Source: Octopus vulgaris
Taxonomy: Eukaryota
Direction: 5' to 3'
Length of the DNA: 64,000 bases
Assembly: GCA_951406725.2 (NCBI GenBank)
Contig: OX597818.1
Location: forward strand, 42,966,001-43,030,000
Part shown: positions 36,667 through 49,272 of the stretch, piece after piece
Layout of the letters: each line of letters starts with the position of its first letter
How positions within the stretch are numbered: position 1 is the stretch's first letter
Translations under genes and position numbers: made by a program
The notes under the pieces: model-generated
The model's input: only the letters and a program-made list of their open reading frames with translations
Database searches by the model: none
What the model was told of the DNA's origin: nothing

Positions 36667-37189
36667 AACACACACACACACTCATGCATGTGTGTGTATG
36701 TTTGGGAATATGTATGCATACGCCTACATTCTTACACATGCTTGTACACGTTGATGAGGAGACGCAATGAAGAACTGAAGGCTTTTCCCATATATTTTGT
36801 CAAAATTGTTTGCTGCCTTTCTGAAAGGTCAGTGATTTGAGACTACATAGTTATCTCATGAATGCTTTTCAATTTTTGACTCCTGCTCTTTTCTCTGTCT
36901 GTCTCTGTCTCTCTCTCTCTCACACACACACACACGCGTGCGCACACATACACATGCGCGCGCACACACACCCTCACTCTCCTTTTTTTCCCTTTCTGTC
37001 TTCTTTTATCACATGAAATAAACAATTATTTGCTGTTCTAACTGAAGTTAATTATGAAAGCTAACCTTTAAAGTGTGTCAAGAACATGTGATATAAATTG
37101 CTTATTTTTATTTTAATGTGCAGTTTTTGTGACACTATCTATACCACAGTCTTTTAACATTATTGCTGCTGCATTATATCTAATGCTGA

Positions 37190-37224
<35 letters not shown>

Positions 37225-37379
37225 ATATATTATATATATATAAGATAAACTTAAGTGTGTGTGTGTGTGTATATATATATATACACTTATCCATCTTTTA
37301 GTTGTCATGACTGCTGCTGTAACAGCACTCTTCACATTTATATTGATCTATATTGCTCCTTTTATTTATTTATTTAGTG

Positions 37380-37422
<43 letters not shown>

Positions 37423-38904
37423 CATTATTCAGGTTGATATATTTAGATTCTTCTGATTCCCCATTGTTATCATATAATTGTGTCTATGAAACAGGACAAA
37501 ACTGCAACCACTTGGTGGCTTCACCACATGAGTCAACTTCAGGTTAGAGTGCAAAGGTTTGAGTTGTAGATTTATTGGGATGATTTTGCTGCATTACGGC
37601 TTCGGCTTCGTTTGAATATTTGTAAATCCTAGACTATATTAATAGCTTTATCTCGCTTAATATAAAGTATGACTGCATTTTACTAGGGATTTAGATGTCT
37701 GTTAGGAAAACAGCTAAGTAGCATTTACTTATAATCTTGTTGAATGTTGTTGCTTGATAAGTCTATTATTGATAGTCTTACACTTATTAAGGAATTAATT
37801 TAATTCTCTAGTGAATTTGGCTTGCAAGATTCTCATGAATAATCTTTTTTAAGAAAAAAATTAAGGTTATTTTCTTTATATTGACTGAATAGTATCAGCT
37901 CATAAAGATACTGTAAATTTATTGAAGCCATTATCATCACCATTCTTATTTATCTTTTTTTTATACTCTTCTGCACTGAGATGAGTCAGCATCTTTATAC
38001 ATACTAATGAGCTGAGCTGATGATATTTAGTGATTCAAAACATTTTCTTTCATAGATATCGTTATTAACACCATTGTTATTTATATGACTAAATTACAAT
38101 AAAATAAATAAGTTGATAAAATACATAAATGTAACTACAAAGTCACATAGGACAGATCTTTTTGCTTTGTATTCTGTCCTAAACTCATTCATACTATAAA
38201 TAGTGAGATTTTGCTGTTACATAAGCAGATCAAGTAACTACACTGAAAAGGCTTCTCACATGAGAATGTCGATCGCTGGGTTTTGAGATTAACGTTTAGC
38301 ATTGAAGTTGGTTCTGTTGAGTAAGTTAGAGTTAAATCTACTCCTGTAGAAGATGTTAGTCTATCACAGATATATTTTCCCAAGAGGCCTAGAACATATT
38401 TTTCCACCTATTAAACTGAAGTAGAAAACAAAACAATGTAATTTATGAACTCTTGAACCACTTACTAAAAATCATATCCACCGTGTTTTTAGTTTTAAAA
38501 TACAGAATAGAATTCATTTGGACACGGAATTTTCTATCTTCAGAAATGCTTCCTGTCACTAATAATTTTGATTCCAACCTTAACTATATCCTCTAATCTT
38601 TGATTTTATTTTGTTTCATTAAGTATTTTCATTTATGTATTTTCTATTCTTTCTTTTTATTTTATTTATTTTTTTTTGCAAGGAGATTTGTAGCCAAAAT
38701 ATACTTTTGTTCCCATAAGCAATATTACAAGTCATTCATTTTATTTTGGCAATTGATCAAGAATTGCAAAAATAAATGTTTATACTTTGAACTGATTTCC
38801 ATTTAGATATATGTTTACTGATGTTAACTTCAAAACTTTAGCATAAATTATATGTTTGGGAAGCAATTATATTGAATTAACAATTATTGTTATGTTTGTT
38901 ATAG

Positions 38905-38980
38905 ATCGGTCAAGTTGAATATGGATGAGTCTGGCCTCATCTATGGAACTAATTGCCTTGAAAATGATATTCAACCACAG
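38905..38980 (+). CDS. Candidate 76-nt exon of an unidentified gene; reading frame (SVKLN)MDESGLIYGTNCLENDIQPQ
   Basis: Acceptor ttatgtttgttatAG|, consensus donor CAG|GTAAGT, open frame with ATG at 38921 (aatATGg context), non-repetitive sequence in a TE-poor region. Confidence 0.6.
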
Positions 38981-39810
38981 GTAAGTTTTATTTTAAGTAA
39001 AAACTGAAAAAACAAACTCAAAATTTAACTAAAAGCTATTATCAGGATATAATGCATATTTCTTACACTCTCTCACTTTACAGCAACAGATTTAACTGTC
39101 TAGATGCCTGAGATTGGTTTGTTGTTAAGATTATGATTTTCTGGTCTTAGAAATATATATTTTTAAATGTATGTATTACAATATTTATATCAAGACTATA
39201 TTTTGATTTTATTTCTGTTTTCTATTTCTGGATATGTATATAACCAGAGACTGGATTTGAACTAAACATTTTATTTCTAAAAGGCAGTGCAACAGCCAGT
39301 GATTTAGTGGATACGAGTATTTCTAGCCTTACTTTCAAAATAAAGGTTCTTAGTTCAAATTCAGTTGGAATCATGGTTGTAACTAGAAATAAAACATTTG
39401 ATAAGAACCAGAGATTGAATCAATTAAAATGTCATATAGCTACATAGTGTAAATAGTACACACATACATTCTAAAGATGAGGTTTGTTTAGAAAATTATG
39501 TTAATTGTTGTTAACATGATTAGTCACTCAATTGGTTTTTATCAGGCAAGTTGAATAAACAATTCTCTTTTGATGGACATCAGAAGTAAATTATTTACCT
39601 TTCTTGGAAGAATTTTGTTTCAATACTACAGAAAATTCTCTTTTGAAGCTATAGCTGTTTATAGTTATTTAAGAAAATTTTTGCTTCTTGCCTCAAGACA
39701 CAGCATAATATATTGGTTGTTGAATATTTCTAATGTTTTGGGAAGTAAACGTTCACTTTTTACTCAGACAGACTTATTAGATTGGTAAATAGTAAAATAT
39801 TTTCCAAAAC

Positions 39811-40115
39811 ATTCGAGCGAGGTCGTTGCCAATGCCACTGGACTGGCTCCTGTGCAGGTGGCACATAAAAAGCACCATTTGAGTGTGGCCGTTGCCAGTA
39901 CTGCCTGACTGGCCCTCATGCCGGTGGCACTTAAAAGCACCCACTACACTCTCAGAATGGTTGGCGTTAGGAAGGGCATCCAGCTGTAGAAACTCTGCCT
40001 GATCAGATTGGAGTCTGGTGCAGCTATTTGGTTTGCCAGCCCTCAGTCAAAATCGTCCAACCCATGCTAGCATGGAAAGCGGACATCAAACGATGATGAT
40101 GATGATGATGATGAT
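39811..40115 (+). mobile_element. Family B RTE 3' end
   Basis: Two tandem units plus the terminus catgctagcatggaaagcggacatcaaac(gat)n. Confidence 0.9.
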
Positions 40116-40721
40116 TCATTGTTGAATATTGTAATTCATTAAAAAAAAAAGCACATAGAAAAATCACATGTAACTTATCTACCTACACTTGCTCTGGCAA
40201 CATGCATTAACACACACACACATATACAAATACATGCATGTATGCACACACATACAACAGCAAGTTATTATGCAGTATATAGATATATTAAGGTTGTCAA
40301 CAAATATATGTTAACGGTGCCATGCATTTTAAGCATGACTGTTTAAGCAGAATTTGATTCTGCTATGAAACAAAAGCACCTGTGATGATATGCTGTCCCA
40401 TGAATTTCTGTTTACATGCCTTCCATGTGTGCAAACCATGTATGTACAGTTCTTTATTGGTTGGCTGTAATCCTAATTCTCATCAGATGCTGCTTATATA
40501 TCATCAGTCAATCAAGGGTGATAATTTAAAAGCTCAAGTAGTTGTGTGTGTTCCAGGCAAAGGTTAGAGAAACATAATGTCGCTATGATATCTATGTTTC
40601 TGTGGCTTTGCTCGATGGTATTGGCAATGATTAGAATTATTTCAGCTAAATGTTTTTATTCTTTTTAAATGTAACTGCAAGCAAAGTCATGAACAGTAAT
40701 CACATAAGGCAACATCCAATA

Positions 40722-41040
40722 CATCATCATCATCATCATAGTTTAACGTCCGTTTTCCTTGCTAGCATGGGTTGGATGGTTTGACTAGGTCTGGGAAGCC
40801 AGGAGGCTGCACCAGGCTCCAATTTGATCTGGCAGTGTTTCTATAGCTTGATGCTCTTCCTAACACCAATCACTCCGTGTGTGTAGTGGGTGCTTTTTAC
40901 GTGCCACTGACACAGGTGCCAGGCGAGGCTGGCAATGGCCACGATTGGTCGGTGCTTTTTATGTGCCACCGGATGCGCTATTTACGTGCCACCAGCACTG
41001 GTATCACAACTACAATTTCCATTGATTTTTTGATCGATTT
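40722..41040 (-). mobile_element. Family B RTE 3' end
   Basis: (cat)n agtttaacgtccg...; three tttt(t)a(c/t)gtgccac units. Confidence 0.9.
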
Positions 41041-41284
41041 CATGTAAAGGTTAAAGGCTGAAACCAAATTATTATAAACACAAGGGTGGGATGGAGTGTT
41101 GGCAGGGAACTTACCTACTACTGTGAATTTATGTGCATATCAGTATATCAGTACTTAAAATAAAACCCCTTTTATAAAAGCATACATTTTCTGGATGTTT
41201 TTTGCTCTGATTTTGTTACTGTGTCTAAATATGTAACTAGATATATTCTGAGAGTCATCAATTGTCATGCAATACCTTCACAAA

Positions 41285-41693
41285 AGGTGGTAGAGTGGCT
41301 GTGTAGTAAGTAGCTTGCTTATCAGCCACATAGTTCTGGGTTCAGTCCCACTGCGTGGCATCTTGGGCAACAGTCTTCTACTAGAGCCTCGGGCTGACCA
41401 AAGCCTTGTGAGTGGATTTGGTAGATGGAAACTGAAAGAAGCCCGTCGTATATATGTATATATATGTATGTGTATGTGTTTGTGTGTCTGTGTTTGTCCC
41501 CCCCCCAACATCACTTGACAACTGATGCTGGTGTGTTTACGTCCCCATAACTTAGCGGTTCGGCAAAAGAGGCCGATAGAATAAGTACTAGGCTTACAAA
41601 GAATAAGTCATGGGGTCGATTTGCTTGACTAAAGGCAGTGCTCCAGCATGGCCGCAGTCAAATGACTGAAACAAGTAAAAGAGTAAAAGAGAG
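41285..41693 (+). mobile_element. Full-length SINE family A
   Basis: gagtggctgtgtagtaagtagc...aagtaaaagagtaaaagag. Confidence 0.92.
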
Positions 41694-41877
41694 TTGCATG
41701 AAATAAGAAATAGATTCCAAACATTATAAGAACAGTTTTATTACTCATTATACAGATTGCTAAAGCAGCATGAATTGAACAGAGAAACTGTTTTAATTAA
41801 AGAAAGGAATAGAATATGGAACAAAGGTGTATCTTATAGAAGAAATAATTGTATGGACAGAAACTGCAAAATTAAGT

Positions 41878-42266
41878 GTTTTGGTTGGAAGCACTCCGTC
41901 GGTTACGACGATGAGGGTTCCGGTTGATCCGAATCAACGGAACAGCCTGCTCATGAAATTAACGTGTAAGTGGCTGAGCACTCCACAGACACGTGCACCC
42001 TTAACGTAGTTCTCGGGGATATTCAGCGTGACACAGAGAGTGACAAGGCCGGCCCCTTGAAATACAGGTACAACAGAAACAGGAAGTAAGAGTGAGAGAA
42101 AGTTGTGGTGAAAGAGAGCAGGGATCACCACCATCCCCTGCTGGAGCCTCGTGGAGCTTTTAGGTGTTTTCGCTCAATAAACACTCACAACGCCCGGTCT
42201 GGGAATCGAAACCGCGATCGTATGACCACGAGTCCGCTGCCCTAACCACTGGGCCATTGCGCCTCC
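41878..42266 (-). mobile_element. Full-length tRNA-derived SINE family D (tail variant 2), 15-bp TSD
   Basis: Head ggaggcgcaatggcccagtggttaggg...ggtttcgattccc; TSD actg(c/t)aaaattaagt at 41863-41877 and 42267-42281. Confidence 0.9.
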
Positions 42267-42751
42267 ACTGTAAAATTAAGTAATATGAAACTGAATGTGA
42301 ACAGGTGTCATTGAGTAAGTCTGGAGAGAATAAAGTTCAGTCAACTTAGGTTGGTGGGTTCAATAGGAGTGATATTTGTAAATCAGAGTCTTTTGGGAAT
42401 GTTCCACAAAAATCTTTGGAAATAACTTCATGATTCCTTGCAGAGGCTTCAGATGACAAAAGGGTGTAAACTCAATATTGACACTAGGAGTTATTGTATT
42501 GAAATAAGTCAGCATTTCTGGGAAAATTGAGAGCAAGGCAGCTGCTACAGAGTGGAGTGGTGTCATATTGCCGTCTCCAAATTTTTAGAGAAGAAATTGT
42601 GAAATATGCAGTTTTTTTTCCAAGAGCATAAATAGAACTGATGTTGTGAAATAATAGCTACATCTGGGTATTGAAACCTGATCATAAACTCGGTACACAG
42701 TGACCTTACTCATAATGTTCTTAAATTTTTGAGAGACTATACTTTACACAA

Positions 42752-42853
<102 letters not shown>

Positions 42854-42934
42854 TTACCATTGCAGTAGATTGGTGGAATCGTTAGAGCATTGAACAGGAT
42901 GTCTTATGGTTGTTCTTCTGGCTCACTGAGTTCT

Positions 42935-43212
42935 GAAGGCAAGTCATGAAATGATACCGGGGCCAACCTATATCAGCTATACCATTCCATTGGACAACAT
43001 CAGCGTCACAATCTTTCTCACCAATCTCCCAAAACCTCTCTTGCCAACCTCCAACAATCTCTCCCTCCTCTAACTGACAGTTTTTCGTATTTTTTCATAA
43101 CGGAAAATACCTTTTGTGGCAGTTATAACGAAATTCCTTTCTTATATAAGAGTAATAAGGCGTTTCAATAAAACATCTTAACCCCCCGGGAATTACCGGG
43201 TACACCAGCTAG
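42935..43212 (+). mobile_element. Helitron 3' end (5' boundary uncertain)
   Basis: Hairpin cccgg-gaatta-ccggg (43185-43200), then tacaccagCTAG|T at 43209-43213. Confidence 0.7.
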
Positions 43213-43308
43213 TATATATATATATACAGTATATATATATATATATATATATATAATCAATATAGACAGCAATATGCAATGTTTACCAAAAAGGAAAACA
43301 ATAATTGT

Positions 43309-43461
43309 CACTAAATAGAACTAGGGTGTTAGAAACACCTATATTGCTAGAAATAAGAGCTAGTATATATGTATACAATTATGTGCTTTTACTACAACAT
43401 TAGAGCATTTTAGCTCTTATTTCTAGCAATTTAAGTGTTTCTAACCCCCTAGTCACATTTA

Positions 43462-43464
<3 letters not shown>
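43309..43464. repeat. Inverted repeat, MITE-like (54-bp arms, 48-bp spacer)
   Basis: cactaaatagaactagggtgttagaaacacctatattgctagaaataagagcta versus tagctcttatttctagcaatttaagtgtttctaacccc...catttagtg. Confidence 0.8.
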
Positions 43465-43518
<54 letters not shown>

Positions 43519-43558
43519 CACATATGTATGTGTATACACAAACATGTGAATGTGTAAA

Positions 43559-43760
43559 GGCACATGGCTTAGTGGTTAGGGTGTTGCATTCACAATTGCA
43601 AGATGTGGCGCCTAGTTGCACCTGTACAGGCAATGTTGATTTGATGAAGGGAGTGAGCTTATGGCTACACAAACATTTGATCTCTATAAACAAGTCATCT
43701 GTGTGGTTGTTCAGTAAGAAATTGTCAAATCCTCAGACGTCATCTAACAATGGGTGAGTC
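43559..43760 (+). mobile_element. Decayed tRNA-headed SINE fragment
   Basis: ggcacatggcttagtggttagggtgttg is an A-box head like those at 11488 and in family D. Confidence 0.45.
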
Positions 43761-43988
43761 CATTATGTGTATATATATATAAAATAAATATAAAGATATA
43801 CTATTGACAATCCAATAATTTATTTGTATTGCAATATTACATTATATACTATGAATATAATATAACATAAGATAATATTACATAACATAAATAGTTATAA
43901 AAATCATGAAAGGCCAACAAATTGTTTTGACTTATATATATTTTTTCTGATGTACATAATCACAGTTCCCTTATATATAAAGTCACTT

Positions 43989-44820
43989 CAGGGTGTGGTG
44001 AATAAACTGTCGTTTAAATTACACAAAAATGAAAATAACACCGACATCTCATTTTAACACATATATTTACCAAAATTGCATAAAAATATCTGAAAATATT
44101 AAAGAGTAAATTTATTCAATAAAATCACCATTGGCTTCAACCACAGCCTCCAGACTTTGGAATCTCCTGCAACTCTTCTGGACTGTCTTCATGTTTAAGT
44201 TGGTAAATGCTGCCATAATCCTTGCCTTCATTTCATCTTTGATGTTACAAGGAGTTTTGTTGATCTCTCACTCAACTGCACCCCACACATAATAATCAAG
44301 GGAGTTGCAGTCTGGGGAATTAGGTGGTCAGATGTTAGAGGTGATGTAGTCGCAGAAATTGTCTGACAGCCACGACTAGGTTCTCCTGCTTGTGTGGCAT
44401 GGTGCTGAGTCCTGTTGCTAGACATAGGGTCTTCCAGTAGCCATCCTCTTCACGCAGGGCAGCACTACCTTCTCCAGGCACTTGATGTAGGCTTCTGTGT
44501 TGAGTCTTAGGCCATGTGAGACTCAATGTTGCCCATGATGTTGACTGCATGTTTGATTTTTGTCACTCTTGGCACATGTCCTCAGATTGACACCTGAACA
44601 CTCTGAAATGTTCATATTGGAGCTTCAGGTGTGAATGCCAAGCAGTACAGCATGTCATTTTCAAATTTCTGACCAAGTGAATTGCATTATGGTGCTGTTT
44701 TTTTTTTTTTACAGACAGTGCCCAACTGACCCTACTATACTGTGTAGTTGACAAAATCAAAAAGAGTGTGCATCTGCGAAATGAAAAATATAAAATGGCG
44801 ACAATATACCCATCTCTCAC
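43989..44820 (-). mobile_element. Internally deleted maT (DD37D) Tc1/mariner transposon; transposase pseudogene at ~44112-44570
   Basis: Minus translation ...YV*QQDSAPCHTSRRT*SWLSDNFCDYITSNI*PPNSPDCNSLDYYVWGAVE...LEAVVEANGDFIE*, with 37 residues between the second and third Asp. Degenerate TIRs cagggtgtggtgaataaactgtcg / cgacaatatacccatc. Confidence 0.88.
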
Positions 44821-45138
44821 ACACACACACGCACACCACTTTCTCTCACAGATATCTTTTAGAGTCCTAGTGGTTATAGCATTATTTATTGATAGTGGTA
44901 CAACAGGACATACTTAATATATTATCTTGCATATTAATCTACTTTTTCTTGATTTGAAGTGTCATAATTTTTCAAACTTGTCAATCTTATTCATCTACAT
45001 TCTGGCTTATTTCATTGGAAAAAGGTCAATCTCATGTCTGTCTGCACCATTTATCATTTAAATAATTCACATTTCTTTTCATATTCAATGTTCATAAAGT
45101 CTTTTAAAACTGAATCTGCCAGCAGTGGATTTGCTTAA

Positions 45139-45357
45139 CCCTTTCGTTACTGTATTTATTTTGAGATGCTCTGTGTTTCTTTCAATTATTTTAAATATAA
45201 CAAAGAATTTAGTAAAATAACTTAATTATCATTCAGCTAGTGTTAGGAACGTAAATTGTGACTAAGGCTTGGTGGGATATTTTAATTCAAAACTTATGAA
45301 GCAGGACATTTTACCACAGAGCCAGAGCCGGTTTTGGCCGGGTTAGTAACAAAAGGG
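45139..45357 (-). mobile_element. piggyBac-like MITE, TTAA TSD
   Basis: TTAA|ccctttcgttac...gtaacaaaaggg|TTAA; highly similar to 31461-31682. Confidence 0.92.
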
Positions 45358-45870
45358 TTAAATTGCTATCCAACCGCCTTGAACTTCTGTCAGAAAAATA
45401 TAAGCTAGTTCATAATTCTTGCTGGAAGCAGTTCTCGGAAGGAAAGATTGAGCCAAGTGTTTAATGCTGGCTTTGAAAGAGGTGAGATGCAATAGAGATA
45501 ATGAGAAAGTGAGAGATGAACACACTGGACAGATTTGGACTAAAGTGGTCAATGGTTTGCAAGTTCAGAGGATCAGAATCTGTTATAACAGAAGACAAGA
45601 CTAACATATCTGTGAAATTGCCTCGTGCTTATTAGCCTCTTAATTCATTTCAACAGAAGGCCATAATTCTCTTTGTATATTTTGGGGCTAAATAGTATGT
45701 AAATGTTAGTATAAAAACACTTATTACTAACCATAATTGGTTAAGCTTGTACAATATGAAGGTGAGCAGGGAAGCTACCAGTGTTGATATGGTAACCACA
45801 GTGGAATTTTTTTAAGCAGATTGCTAAAGATTCCAACATGATTGAGATGGCACTAACCCCATTTGAGTTT

Positions 45871-45988
45871 CAGGACTCAAACACCGAGTGATTTATGAAA
45901 GCATCTACAGCTGTTTACAAAGCTATTGCCTGCTTTGAAGAAAAGTAAAAATTAACTTTGCAGATATCTTGAGATAGATTTTTCAAAA
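45871..45988 (+). pseudogene. Tigger/pogo transposase C-terminal remnant
   Basis: QDSNTE*FMKASTAVYKAIACFEEK*KLTLQIS*DRFFK resembles the Tigger1-type tail QDPNxERxxKVxxAVxxAIxCY...EKKxxTxQTSLDxFFK. Confidence 0.65.
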
Positions 45989-46655
45989 TGAGCTGACGAA
46001 AGACCAACAAGAAAAATTACAGTGTATGCACACAGGAGTTTATTACAGCCTTCAAAATTATTCCCAGCAGCTGTTCTTCATACTCAAAGGACATTCTATC
46101 CCCACCTTTATCATCTTTCAACTAAATCCCAGCAAGCAACATCAGTACCAGTAATCAAGACAGTGCCATGAATAAAGAAAGTATAGTAACAGTATAAATA
46201 GCTTTTTTTCTTATTATTTGTTGTTATTATTATTATTACTCTTATGCTATTTATATATTAAAATACTCTACAGAACTTGTAAAATATGTCGAATATTTTT
46301 GTAGTATCACTGTACCAAATGAAAATTTTATACAATGCCGTGTACAGTATTAAGTATCAACAGGAATAATGTCAAACATTTGGACTCACAAACCAACTCC
46401 AGGAACTTATCCCATTCATAAATAGGGGAGTGTCTGTATATAAATTTATGGCTTGCTTAAAACTACTGAAATTCCCAATGGAGCAAGGATAAGGGAAAAC
46501 ATGCAATGGAAATTATCATTATCTCTGAAATTGATTTTTCTATACTTATATTTTCTCATTTGAGAGCATTCCACTTGCTTTGCATATAAATGCTTACTAA
46601 ATAATGTTCATAAGTATGTCAACACAATTATATGTACTTCTTAAATTAATATATA

Positions 46656-46751
<96 letters not shown>

Positions 46752-47627
46752 CATCTTATAATCATCTCATAATGACTTTTATGACTCTTATTACTACCTC
46801 AGTCCATCTAAATGTATATATTTGTTGTTACCTGTCATAAAAAGCCTTTTTTTAAAATTTGTAATGTGCATTTTCGTTGATTTTGCATATTTTACCCTTA
46901 CATTTCCACATGTATCTTATATTTTCTTTTTGTAACATATTTCTACTATATGTATATATATATATATTTGTTTATTTATTTTACACACACATATGTTATC
47001 AAGTTGAAGATAACTCCAAGATATTCTTGGAACAAATGCAAAAGAATGGTTTCTTGTCTTTTGCAGGTAGACTTGAAGTCTAAAAAAATGTTAGTAGGTT
47101 AGTAGCTAAGTAGCTAAGTGAATTGGGGCATGTAGATGTCCTACTCAAAATCACTTCAATATTTGAACTCTCAACACATAAGTAAACTAGCAATTCAATT
47201 TAACACCTGGATATTGTGTATGCAGCTGGATAGTCTATTTCTCTCTCCCCTACTTTCTCTCAGAAGTTTAACTTCTATTTAAAGAGAAATCTGTATGTAT
47301 TTGAATAAGGGCATATATTAAAGAGTATATAATATTGATCAGTTTCCCTTAATACAAACATTAAATCTTAATTCCATACAATGTCACCATACCTTTTTCC
47401 AACGACCACATTCACTCTCACACGGATGCCAGTGAAATCTTTTCTGACTTAGAAGATAAAGAACTAATTTTTCTCCCTCTGTTCTTTAGGGGCTCTAAAA
47501 TATCCTATTTTGCCACCAAGATTGGTAACTCTTGTCTATGGTGGAATCATTGCTAACATGGTCTAATTTTATTTTAGCTATCAAAAGGCTTTGGTACGTT
47601 TGTCTTCTTTAATGTATTACATCTACT

Positions 47628-48000
47628 GTTATTTGCTTTTCAATTTTTGGGGTTGATGAAATAAAGTACTTGCCAAGTACTGGTGTCAGTAGTATGAAGT
47701 AGACCCCTCTCCCTAAAACTACTGGCCTTGTGCCAAAATTAGAAAGAGTTATTATTACTGGGTACAAGGTGGTGAGCTGTCAGACTCATTAGCACACCAA
47801 GCAAAATGCTTAGTGGTATTTCATCTGTCTTCGTGTTCTGAGTTCAAATTCTGATGAGGTCAACTTTGCCTTTCATCCCTTTGGAGGGGTGGGATGGGGG
47901 TGGGGGGTCAATAAAATAAATACCAGTTGAATACTGGGGTTGATGTAACTGGCTTACTCCTCCCTTAAAACTACTGGTCCTGTGCTAAAATCTGAAACTG
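47628..48000 (+). mobile_element. SINE family E, older: partial tail (47628-47750) plus a near-full copy (47766-48000)
   Basis: aaggtggtgagctgtcaga...gagttcaaattctg...ctttgcctttcatcc...taccagttgaatactgggg. Confidence 0.8.
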
Positions 48001-49011
48001 TTATTACTAGTTACAAGTACAACAGTCAGTTTCAGTCAGAAATGGGATGAGAGGAAGCTATCTTTGAAAGGTGGTAGGCAGAGGATGTAAATGCCAACAT
48101 CAGCTTTATACTTATAAAGTTAGGGCATCTGCTATTCTGCTTCTTATACAAGGGTTGGTCCCAATTGTGAAAAGGTTTATCTGCTGCAATGCTCTTTGCA
48201 CAGAAAGTTGGGATGCAGACATGCACAAAGGCTGTGAGTCGGTGTGATTCCCTCTCAACTCATCTCTTTGGTGGAGCTACCATCATGAGTCATATGGAGA
48301 TGAAGACTGAACATCCAGCATCTGGATTAGTGACAAATATCAATGATGATGTTCTCAGGGAGATTCTGGGCATTGATGAAAACCAATTTGCACATCCTAT
48401 TCAGGATGACTTTCATTTCAGAACTTATGATTTCTGAACTTCCCAAAATCTCTGACCTGGCAATTCTACCTACCTGTGAGACATTGCCAATTTGGGATTA
48501 GCTTTACAAGCATAAAAATGCAAATAAGTTGTGACTGTTCAAGGTGCACAGAAAACAACAAAATTGTTCTTTATGGATTTGTTCTGTGTCCAAGCATTGT
48601 TGACCTGTACAGCTGTTATTATGTTTAGGACATATCTGACATACAGCCAAGTCTCAGCTTCATTATCATCCTTTCACAAAGTGAGACTGTCAGTTTTCCC
48701 CTGGTGGTCATAATGAAAGTCATGTATAGTTGTTGCAGTTGAAACAGAGAAAATTCTATTTATAAGGACACAATTCTATTTTTTTGACGAGAACCTCATC
48801 AACTTCTTCAAGTTTCATTTGAAGCAGAGGAAGGGTGATGGAAGGTGGATGTAGCATGATTATGTGGGTTTCTTCACAATCACATGGTTCCAGATTGATC
48901 TCATTGTATGGTAACTCAGCAAGTATCTTTTACCATAAGCTCAGACTGATCAAGGATTGTGAAATTTGAGAGCACATAATGTGTATGTGTGTTTTCACTG
49001 ATGTACTTCAG

Positions 49012-49272
49012 TCATCATCATCATCATCATCATCATTGTTTAACGTCTGTTTTCCGTGCTAGTACAGATTGGATGGTTCAACCGGGGTCTGGGAAGCCAG
49101 GAGGCTGCACCAGGCTCTAGTCTGATCTGGCAGTATTTCTACAGCTGGATGCCCTTCCTAATGCCAACCATTCCGTGAGTGTAGTGGGTGCTTTTTACGT
49201 GCTACCGGCACAGGTGCCAGGGGAGGCTGATAGTGGCCATGATCAGTTGGTGCTTTTTATGTACCACCAGCA
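49012..49272 (-). mobile_element. Family B RTE 3' end
   Basis: (cat)n tgtttaacgtctg...gggtgctttttacgtgctaccgg. Confidence 0.88.

Noticed and set aside
37447-37542. 96-nt coding exon spliced to 38905
   Set aside because: The donor is weak, and the join puts a stop in frame (GAT CGG TCA AGT TGA). It could only be a UTR exon.
42185-42266. Functional tRNA genes at SINE heads (families A, D and E)
   Set aside because: A and B boxes are present, but there is no complete cloverleaf, and each head continues into a SINE body and tail, often with TSDs.
48030-48830. Possible decayed transposase or gene fragment
   Set aside because: The composition looks coding-like, but I found no motif I can name and every frame has stops.
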